Below, one piece after another: positions 1-5,527 of a DNA stretch of 36,074 nt (its first letter is position 1; each line of letters opens with the position of its first letter). The notes under the pieces were generated by a model. It worked only from the letters and a program-made list of their open reading frames with translations, did no database searches and was not told the DNA's origin. The translations under genes and the position numbers were made by a program. Origin of the DNA: a virus; the IMG/VR virus record IMGVR_UViG_3300045181_000026; one strand, given 5' to 3'.

Positions 1-127
1 ACCGCTCCAACCTCAAGACCGAGCGGTGGTCATCGGCCTTCGGCAAGACCTGCCCGGGTGACGACCGGATCTTGCAGATGCCGACCATCCTCGCCCGCGC
101 CAAGCAGATCACCGGCAGCTCGGATCC
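1..127. repeat. Terminal overlap copy 1 (identical to 35948..36074): a circular-assembly artefact, or closure point of a circular or permuted genome
   Basis: Base-by-base comparison: accgctccaacctcaagacc...ggcagctcggatcc is present at both window ends, 127 nt long. It lies in frame inside the endolysin ORF. Confidence 0.95.
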
Positions 128-578
128 CGGCCCTTCCCCGGCGCCCGCACCCGCGGCCGGCATCAAGAAGATCCAGCAGGCGCTCGCTGACCTCGGTTAC
201 CTCGACACCGAGAAGTGGCTGATCGACGGCGTCCTCGGCGACGCCACCCGCGCCGCAGTGCGCACCTACCAGCACGACGCCGGCCTCGTCACCGACGGCG
301 ACCCCGGCCCCATCACCACCACCGCCTTGGAGGCAGACATGGCCACCGTGAAGACCCTCGCGACCGACAGCCAGAAGCTGAAGGCCGCGACCGAGCGCAA
401 CGAACGCCGGCTCGAAGTCATCCTCGAGCAGCTCGCCGCCGTCGCAGGCGCCGTCACCGACCTGGTCGCAGAGATCCGCACCGCCGACCTCGTGAAGGGC
501 CGCGAACGCATCGAGCAGAACAACGTAGTCCTGTCCCAGCTCGACCCCCGCAACCCCAAGAACCAGAAGGGCGCCTGA
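1..578 (+). CDS. Endolysin, 3' part (continues 35461..36074 across the junction): PG_binding_1-like repeat plus a coiled-coil tail of about 90 aa
   Basis: The frame of listed ORF 72..578 is continuous with the open frame from ATG 35461 once the 35,947-bp period is applied. Motif IKKIQQALADLGYL..DGVLGDATRAAVRTYQHDAGLVTDG matches a peptidoglycan-binding domain. Stop TGA at 576-578. Confidence 0.85.
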   Translation, partial: RSNLKTERWSSAFGKTCPGDDRILQMPTILARAKQITGSSDPGPSPAPAPAAGIKKIQQALADLGYLDTEKWLIDGVLGDATRAAVRTYQHDAGLVTDGDPGPITTTALEADMATVKTLATDSQKLKAATERNERRLEVILEQLAAVAGAVTDLVAEIRTADLVKGRERIEQNNVVLSQLDPRNPKNQKGA

Positions 579-580
579 CC

Positions 581-808
581 ATGAACACGACCCCCCGCAC
601 CATCGGACCCGTCACCACCGCCGCGGCCGCCGGCACCGGCGTCGCCGGCGCCGCCGCCATCGTCCTCGTCTGGCTCCTGTCCCTCATCGGCGTCGACGTC
701 CCCACCGAGGTCTCGGCAGCGTTCGCCGTGCTCCTGGCCGCTGTCGGCTCGATCGTCGGCGGGTACCTCGTCCGCCCGGTGGAGTCCACGCCGGGCAGGC
801 ACGAGTAG
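581..808 (+). CDS. Holin-like small membrane protein (75 aa, 2 TM)
   Basis: ATG at 581, 2 nt after the endolysin stop. Two hydrophobic segments (VAGAAAIVLVWLLSLIG and VSAAFAVLLAAVGSIVGGYLV) and a charged C-terminus. The longer listed ORF 215..808 is an R/P-rich upstream extension. Confidence 0.7.
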   Translation: MNTTPRTIGPVTTAAAAGTGVAGAAAIVLVWLLSLIGVDVPTEVSAAFAVLLAAVGSIVGGYLVRPVESTPGRHE

Positions 809-879
809 CCTCTCCCTCAGCGTGGCCCCGCGCCCACAACCCACCCCCCTGGAAGGCCGGGGTCGCGCGCCAACGACAC

Positions 880-917
880 CGCCCCCGCTCAGCTTCGGCT
901 GGGCGGGGGCGATTTGT
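880..917 (+). terminator. Intrinsic terminator closing the lysis cassette
   Basis: 14-bp stem CGCCCCCGCTCAGC / GCTGGGCGGGGGCG (one T-G wobble), TTCG tetraloop, then ATTTGT. Confidence 0.75.
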
Positions 918-1011
918 CGTGCCTGGGGGTCGGTGGCACGCGGTGTCCGACCGACGTCAGTGTCTGTCCTGCGTGGTCTACTGTGGGCCACACAGACCAA
1001 GGGAGGTTGTC

Positions 1012-1197
1012 ATGGCACCCGTAATCGACGTCAGCAGCGCAGACCTTGTCGCACGCCGCGAACAGATCCTCCGGCGGATCGAACTCACCGAGCGCGAGTT
1101 CGAGCGCGCCGTGGCTACGCGCACGCTCTCTGGCGAGGAGTGGGACGCTAAGGAGGAACTCGACGCGATCACGTTCCTTCTGGGCGCTGACGACTGA
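1012..1197 (+). CDS. Small acidic helical protein (61 aa), first gene of the accessory operon; antitoxin-like by size and position only
   Basis: ATG 1012 preceded by GGGAGG (1001-1006). Sequence MAPVIDVSSADLVARREQILRRIELTEREFERAV... Stop 1195-1197 abuts the next ORF. Confidence 0.6.
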   Translation: MAPVIDVSSADLVARREQILRRIELTEREFERAVATRTLSGEEWDAKEELDAITFLLGADD

Positions 1198-1210
1198 ACA
1201 GCGTCATCAC

Positions 1211-1915
1211 TTGGACCTCAGAGAACGAGCCGCGGCTTTCGCGCAAGAACTCCAAGAGACACTCAGCGGGGTGCTGCCCGGCGACTTCCAACTCATATCG
1301 GTCGCCCACAACGGTAGGTACGTAGTCCGGCCGGCCGGTTCCGAAGCGAAGTCGCAGCGGGTCCCGCTCTATATCGGTGAGGTGCTCGCTGCAAAGCTGA
1401 AGGTTCAGGTGTTTCTAGGGCTCGACCACTCCGGAGAGTTCTTGAAGACGATGGGATCTGCCGTTGCCATCGAGTCGGTACTCGATCGAACGCCGCTCAT
1501 CCGCCAAGAGTTCAGGTCCGACATGGCGAAGGACGCCCCGTTCGCTCATTGGCACATCCATGCTGACCGCGGAGCGCTTTCGCACCTGCTTGGTCAAGCT
1601 CACGCGGTGCGCAGCGACGTGGTCCAGAATCCGCACGACATGTCCTCGCTGCACTTTCCAGTTGGTGGAGAACGCTTCCGGCCGTGCGTCGAGGATGTTC
1701 TGGAGTTCGCGGTCAGGGAGCTCGGCGTGGATTGCAAAACGGGCTGGGAAGGCGCGCTGAAAGCCGGTCGAGAGAAGTGGCGGCGACGGCAGTTTCGTAC
1801 CACCGTGCGCGACTTGCAGGAGGAGGCGGCTGATGTCTTGCGCAAGCAGGGCTGGACGTTGACCCCTCCTGATTCCGTGCGCACGGAGGGCACAAGCGTG
1901 CTTCACCGCTGGTGA
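1211..1915 (+). CDS. Hypothetical protein (about 234 aa), lower-GC accessory gene, no domain recognised
   Basis: Open frame of listed ORF 1046..1915. The part upstream of 1197 is S/R-rich and overlaps the better 1012..1197 frame, so the start is placed at TTG 1211 (CTG 1187 is also possible). Hand counts of four 60-nt blocks between 1201 and 1500 give 57-62% G+C. Confidence 0.55.
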   Translation: MDLRERAAAFAQELQETLSGVLPGDFQLISVAHNGRYVVRPAGSEAKSQRVPLYIGEVLAAKLKVQVFLGLDHSGEFLKTMGSAVAIESVLDRTPLIRQEFRSDMAKDAPFAHWHIHADRGALSHLLGQAHAVRSDVVQNPHDMSSLHFPVGGERFRPCVEDVLEFAVRELGVDCKTGWEGALKAGREKWRRRQFRTTVRDLQEEAADVLRKQGWTLTPPDSVRTEGTSVLHRW

Positions 1916-2196
1916 GCAAGAGACCACCCATGACCGACCCCGGCTCCTGGGACGCCGACGCCGACCTCTGGCAGGCGATCACCAACGAGGTCCCGATCCC
2001 GCCCCGCCACGACCAGGTCGACGCACCCGAACCCATCCCCGTCACCGCGCGCATCCACTGGGAACGCGACGGGGAGGAGCAGCTCGACACTCAGGCCGTC
2101 GCGTGGTCCGGCCGCGCCGTCCTCATCAGCATCCACGACCGCCGGCGGCAGATCCTCGGAGTGTGGCTCGACGCCGCCGACATCACGCGGCGCTAG
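1912..2196 (+). CDS. Hypothetical protein (88-94 aa), third gene of the accessory operon
   Basis: GTG 1912 overlaps the upstream stop (GTGA); ATG 1930 is an alternative start. Stop TAG 2194-2196 is followed at once by a strong hairpin. Confidence 0.55.
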   Translation: MSKRPPMTDPGSWDADADLWQAITNEVPIPPRHDQVDAPEPIPVTARIHWERDGEEQLDTQAVAWSGRAVLISIHDRRRQILGVWLDAADITRR

Positions 2197-2198
2197 AA

Positions 2199-2234
2199 GG
2201 GCCCGTCTCGATCGTCGGTGATCGAGACGGGCCC
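2199..2234. terminator. Bidirectional terminator between the convergent accessory operon and the lipoprotein gene
   Basis: Perfect 15-bp stem GGGCCCGTCTCGATC / GATCGAGACGGGCCC, 6-nt loop, then TTGTGTGT on the + strand. Confidence 0.8.
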
Positions 2235-2254
2235 TTGTGTGTCGGTGGTCGGAG

Positions 2255-2638
2255 TTAGCAGACGTCGTCGTAGAAGTCCTCGAGGATCGAGTCCTCGACC
2301 TCGGGGACCTGCATGTGCCACGAGATCAGTTGGCCCTCACGGTCGCTGCGCCAGGATTCGCAGTCCATCTCGTTCCACTCGTCAGGGCGCCGTTCCCACG
2401 CGGGGTAGAAGTCGCGGTCCTCGAGCTCGGACAGTCCTAGGTGTGGCGAGAGTGGCGTCAGGGGTGCGGCCTCGTCCTCGTCGAGGAAGCCGAACTCTTC
2501 TTCCATCATCTGCTCGTTGATCTCGGCTTGCTCGTTCATCTCGTTGATCGCTTCCTGCTCGGGGGAGGTGCAGCCAGCGAGAGCGAGCAGGGCGACGGGT
2601 ACGGCGAGGGCGATTCGCGTTCGGGGGCGCGTGTGCAT
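2255..2638 (-). CDS. Secreted, highly acidic lipoprotein (127 aa)
   Basis: MHTRPRTRIALAVPVALLALAG|C has a signal peptide plus lipobox (LAGC). GAAAGG lies 8 nt upstream of this ATG. The mature part is rich in E/D. The listed ORF 2255..2695 has a P-rich N-extension. Confidence 0.7.
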   Translation of the reverse strand: MHTRPRTRIALAVPVALLALAGCTSPEQEAINEMNEQAEINEQMMEEEFGFLDEDEAAPLTPLSPHLGLSELEDRDFYPAWERRPDEWNEMDCESWRSDREGQLISWHMQVPEVEDSILEDFYDDVC

Positions 2639-2707
2639 GGTGGGCCTTTCGGGGTGGGGCGGGGGATTGTGTGGAGGGTATGCCAGTTCTGGCACCGGGT
2701 GGTCCGG

Positions 2708-3535
2708 TTAGGCGGCCGTCTGGGCGACGACGCGGAGGCGTGCGCGGTCGACGTCGACGTAGCGCTGCGTGATGGTGGGGGTGGAGTGCCCGAGCAGTTG
2801 TTGCACGGCGAGGAGATCGTTGGTGGCGCGCCAGGTCTTGGTGGCGAATCGGTGACGCAGGCTGTGCATGGTCCACTCGCCCGGGAGGGCCTCCGCGACG
2901 AGCTCGCCCACCCATCTGGGGGAGAGGTGGCCGTCGATCTTACCGGGGAAGGCGTAGCCGGCCCCGTCCTGGCAGGCGGCGCGGATCCGGTCGGCGAGTC
3001 CGTTGTCGAGCGGGATGAACCGGCGCCGGCCGCCCTTGCCGTGGACGAGGAGCGTCCAGCCGTCGAGGTCTTGCACGAGGTCGCTGATGTGGACGCAGGC
3101 GACTTCGGCGCGCCGGAGGCCGCGGTGGGCGCCGAGCTCGATCATGAGCCGGACGCGGTGGTCGGCGCGCATGATCGCCTCGCGGAGTGCGGCATCCGGG
3201 GTGGGTCGCGGCCGGTGGTCGGGTTCGCGGACTTTGGGCAGCACGATGGCGGGCGAGGTGGTGCAGCGTCCGGTGCGGGTGGCCCATTCCCAGAAGCCTC
3301 GGAGCGACGCGCGGACGCTTCGGCGGGTGGCGGCCGACCACGTTTGCGCCGCGGTCCAGGCCACGAGGTCGTCGGGGGTGACGTCCCACGGTCCGACGCC
3401 GAGGGCGCGGGAGCATCGTCGGAGGTGGTCTGTGCGGGTGGTGATTGTGCCGGGGGAGCGGCTGGCAGAGCGCATCTCTGCCGACCAATCGTTGAGGGCC
3501 TTGGACCATTCCGGAGTGATCGGTTTCTCTCTCAT
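2708..3535 (-). CDS. int: Tyrosine integrase (275 aa)
   Basis: Catalytic signature visible: ..HRGLRRAE.., HSLRHRFATK, LLGHSTPTITQRYV (R..HxxR..H..Y). C-terminus is ...RVVAQTAA. Confidence 0.92.
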   Translation of the reverse strand: MREKPITPEWSKALNDWSAEMRSASRSPGTITTRTDHLRRCSRALGVGPWDVTPDDLVAWTAAQTWSAATRRSVRASLRGFWEWATRTGRCTTSPAIVLPKVREPDHRPRPTPDAALREAIMRADHRVRLMIELGAHRGLRRAEVACVHISDLVQDLDGWTLLVHGKGGRRRFIPLDNGLADRIRAACQDGAGYAFPGKIDGHLSPRWVGELVAEALPGEWTMHSLRHRFATKTWRATNDLLAVQQLLGHSTPTITQRYVDVDRARLRVVAQTAA

Positions 3536-3556
3536 GCTCGCGATTTCAACACCGGA

Positions 3557-4060
3557 TCAGCGGGCGTGAGGCAGTTCGAGATCCACGTCTGTGGACAGCG
3601 TGGTCGCAGGTGAGAGGGTGTGGACGGTCGCGAGCTCGTCGCGCTCGATAGCCGGCTCGGAGACCACCGGGAGCGGGACGATCTCGGCGAGGTGCTCGTC
3701 GCGCTGGACTCCAGACCAGAAGGTTGGGGGTTCGAGTCCCTTCGGGCGCGCAGATGCCCCGGTCGCGTATGCGACCGGGGCATTCGCCATTTCTGGGCCG
3801 CGACGGGGCGTCCTGCGCACGAGCAGTTCGGCGGGGTCCAGCCCGAACATGTCGGCAATCGCCTCGATCTCCCCGAGCGTGATCGGTCGAGCTCCGCTCA
3901 GCTTCAGCGAGAAGCCGCCGGATGAGAGACCGAGACGGCGGGCGACCTCAAGCTTCGTCAGGCCGGCTCGGCCAATCTCTGCGCGGATGTTTGCCGCCAC
4001 GACATACGCGAGCGGGGGCTCATCGGGCGATGCCTGCGGATGGATTGGCGTAGCTGTCAT
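3557..4060 (-). CDS. XRE-family HTH immunity repressor, viral form (167 aa); the ORF runs through the attP core
   Basis: ATG 4060. HTH: NIRAEIGRAGLTKLEVARRLGLSSGGFSLKLSGARPITLGEIEAIADMFG. Divergent from the cro-like gene. The listed ORF 3557..4198 has an unlikely N-extension. Confidence 0.75.
   Translation of the reverse strand: MTATPIHPQASPDEPPLAYVVAANIRAEIGRAGLTKLEVARRLGLSSGGFSLKLSGARPITLGEIEAIADMFGLDPAELLVRRTPRRGPEMANAPVAYATGASARPKGLEPPTFWSGVQRDEHLAEIVPLPVVSEPAIERDELATVHTLSPATTLSTDVDLELPHAR
3634..3705 (+). repeat. Two copies of a 12-bp direct repeat, GCTCGTCGCGCT (3634-3645 and 3694-3705), just 5' of the attP core; candidate arm-type Int sites
   Basis: Exact 12/12 match, 60 bp apart, read directly. 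Confidence 0.4.
3709..3750 (+). other. attP common core: mimic of a tRNA 3' half (anticodon loop to 3' acceptor strand)
   Basis: CTCCAGA-CCAGA-AGGTT-GGGGG-TTCGAGT-CCCTT-CGGGCGC-G fits anticodon loop, 3' anticodon stem, variable loop, T-arm and acceptor 3' strand. Upstream sequence cannot pair to form the 5' half, so this is not a gene. It lies next to int. Confidence 0.7.
3754..3783 (+). terminator. Perfect hairpin directly after the tRNA-like segment (likely replacement tRNA terminator after integration)
   Basis: 13-bp stem ATGCCCCGGTCGC / GCGACCGGGGCAT, loop GTAT. Confidence 0.6.
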
Positions 4061-4173
4061 ACGTGAGAGTCTACAACGCACCGTAAGAATGCGGAAGGGT
4101 CTGCAAGTCCAGGTTTCGCAACGCGCTGATCTTGCGGCTTGCAAGACCCTGTGACGTGGTGTAGACATGCCGC
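4061..4173. promoter_or_regulatory. Divergent rep/cro control region with nested inverted repeats and -10-like hexamers
   Basis: Outer inverted repeat GTCTACA (4069-4075) / TGTAGAC (4160-4166). Inner repeat GGGTCTGCAAG (4097-4107) / CTTGCAAGACCC (4138-4149), which includes the palindrome CTTGCAAG. TAGACT lies 7 nt before the rep ATG and TAGACA 6 nt before the cro ATG. Confidence 0.55.
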
Positions 4174-4422
4174 ATGCAGATCTTACGCGGTGCAACACTC
4201 TCTAACATTCGAGCGGAGATGGCTCGACGAGGTCTCCGTCAGGCGGATCTCGCCGAGGTGCTCCACATCAGCAGCGGAGCGATCAGCCAGAAGCTCACCG
4301 GAGCGCGGCCGATCAACCTCGCCGAGCTGGAACTGATCGCGGAACGAATCGGCGTGCCGATGAGCGTGCTGGTCGATGACGACCCGGCGCTCGCCGGCGA
4401 TCACGCGAAGGCGGGTGCGTGA
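4174..4422 (+). CDS. Cro-like XRE-family HTH protein (82 aa)
   Basis: LSNIRAEMARRGLRQADLAEVLHISSGAISQKLTGARPINLAELELIAERIG. Clearly paralogous to the repressor HTH. First gene of the rightward early operon. Confidence 0.8.
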   Translation: MQILRGATLSNIRAEMARRGLRQADLAEVLHISSGAISQKLTGARPINLAELELIAERIGVPMSVLVDDDPALAGDHAKAGA

Positions 4423-4425
4423 TGA
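4405..4425 (+). repeat. 21-bp direct repeat, copy 1 (GCGAAGGCGGGTGCGTGATGA)
   Basis: Identical 21-mer at 4887..4907. Covers ..AKAGA-stop plus an overlapping ATG. Confidence 0.9.
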
Positions 4426-4444
4426 ACTGGTGGAAGTACGACGA

Positions 4445-4476
4445 CGCCTCGGCCGCCGAGCTTGGCAGCCGAGGCG
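4445..4476. terminator. Hairpin between the cro-like gene and the convergent reverse gene
   Basis: 9-bp stem CGCCTCGGC / GCCGAGGCG with a 14-nt loop. Confidence 0.45.
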
Positions 4477-4487
4477 CGGGCCCCACG

Positions 4488-4745
4488 TCAGTTGTCGTAG
4501 AAGGTCATCTGGCCGTCGGTGATGAAGTCGGCGAACGCGGCCGCCTCGAGGTCGGAGTCGAGCTCGATGGCGAGATGCTGTCCGGGACCGGCGAGGAACG
4601 CGTGAACCGTCCCGGTCTCGATGTCCTTGACGGTGAAGACCGCAGTGCGCCCCTCGGTTGCTTGAACGCGGGCATCGCTGATCATCTCGAAGGCGTCAGT
4701 GTCGGCGACGCTGATGCGCGCGCTCGCGGTGACGAGTGTGGCCAT
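4488..4745 (-). CDS. Hypothetical acidic protein (85 aa), reverse-oriented moron
   Basis: ATG preceded by CAGGAGAG. Hand-counted GC3 is about 87% (74/85). The competing + ORF 4419..4904 is G/R-rich. Confidence 0.7.
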   Translation of the reverse strand: MATLVTASARISVADTDAFEMISDARVQATEGRTAVFTVKDIETGTVHAFLAGPGQHLAIELDSDLEAAAFADFITDGQMTFYDN

Positions 4746-4886
4746 GGGGGCTCTCCTGTGGTCCGTGGGGGCGGGGGTGCTGGCCGGCGAGGCGGATGGG
4801 CCCGCATCGCGGATGTGGCCAGCATTCCCAACTCAACCACGCGGGGGCCGCATGCGCGCTCGGTTCGCCGCGGCAACCGCGTGACT

Positions 4887-4907
4887 GCGAAGGCGGGTGC
4901 GTGATGA
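4887..4907 (+). repeat. 21-bp direct repeat, copy 2
   Basis: Identical to 4405..4425. Contains the stop of shadow ORF 4419..4904 and ATG 4904. Confidence 0.9.
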
Positions 4908-5527
4908 GCGACGACCTGCCTCGCCTCGATGTCTTCCCGCTCACCCGCACGAGGAAGGTTCTCGCGGCCGTGGACGGGCTGATCCACCAGGCCCGCGAGT
5001 TGGCGGATTTGTCGGCGCCCGAAGACGGCGATCGACAGGCCCGAGCGGTCGCGTCGATCGCCGCCGAGATCCTAGGTGACGTAGCGCCGTATCTATTGAA
5101 CGCGGTCAGCGCGGACGATGATCGGGAACGGGGCTCCGACGATCAGACGGACCTCGAGCCTGTTTCCGTCCTCCGCCTTGCGGATGCCGGCCGGGAAGAG
5201 GCCGCTTCCTTGCTGCGTGCAGTAGCTGGCCGCGACGGAGTCGAGACTCTCGCCCTCGACGGTGAAGGTCTCGGTGCCGTAGGTGACGCTGAATCGCATG
5301 GGAACTCCCTTTCGGTCGAGCGGGACGAGCTGGTAACTCGTGCCGCTGGTAGGTCGTCGGACGCGGGCGCGTCTGGCGATATTCCGACCGTAGGGGTAGG
5401 CGCCGACAGTCGAGCGGGTGCTCCCTTCCCCGCTCCTGACGGTGCCGCGGCGTCGGCCGGGTCCACCGGGGCGGTGGGCCTGGCCGAGGCTGAACTCGAC
5501 CGCGCTGGATCGGCGGACGAGCGATGA
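4904..5527 (+). CDS. Questionable ORF: the first ~60 codons look coding; the rest reads antisense through gene 5093..5299 and through apparently non-coding DNA
   Basis: GC3 is about 80% for 4904-5100, but about 63% over 5093-5299 and about 68% over 5300-5523 (hand counts). Ends in ATGA overlapping the 5524 start. Confidence 0.3.
   Translation: MSDDLPRLDVFPLTRTRKVLAAVDGLIHQARELADLSAPEDGDRQARAVASIAAEILGDVAPYLLNAVSADDDRERGSDDQTDLEPVSVLRLADAGREEAASLLRAVAGRDGVETLALDGEGLGAVGDAESHGNSLSVERDELVTRAAGRSSDAGASGDIPTVGVGADSRAGAPFPAPDGAAASAGSTGAVGLAEAELDRAGSADER
5093..5299 (-). CDS. Hypothetical protein (68 aa), second reverse-oriented moron
   Basis: AAAGGGAG RBS upstream of ATG 5299. GC3 is about 85% (58/68), against about 63% for the overlapping + frame. 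The sequence looks globular. Confidence 0.65.
   Translation of the reverse strand: MRFSVTYGTETFTVEGESLDSVAASYCTQQGSGLFPAGIRKAEDGNRLEVRLIVGAPFPIIVRADRVQ

Noticed and set aside
1-127. Terminal repeats as attL/attR or virion terminal repeats
   Set aside because: The repeat lies in frame within the endolysin coding sequence and is exactly 127 nt. The attP-type site is elsewhere (3709-3750). A circular assembly overlap is the simplest explanation.
1046-1210. ATG 1046 as the start of the 289-aa ORF
   Set aside because: The first ~50 codons are S/R/A-rich and overlap the better-looking 1012..1197 frame, which has a GGGAGG RBS. A start near 1187-1211 is more plausible.
1540-1600. HEPN-type Rx4H motif (RGALSH) in protein 1211..1915
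   Set aside because: A single six-residue match without the surrounding helical context. It is too weak to call a nuclease domain.
2441-3613. 390-aa + ORF overlapping the integrase
   Set aside because: The minus frame carries the full tyrosine-recombinase signature. The + frame is G/A/R/V-rich with no motif.
3680-3753. A complete tRNA gene
   Set aside because: Only the anticodon loop through the 3' acceptor strand is recognisable. Upstream bases cannot pair with CGGGCGC or with the CCAGA stem, there is no D-arm, and the segment is inside an ORF next to int. It is therefore an attP core.
4419-4904. 161-aa + ORF following cro
   Set aside because: It reads antisense through minus gene 4488..4745, which has a good RBS and about 87% GC3. 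The + translation is G/R-rich. Its start and stop are simply the two copies of the 21-bp repeat.
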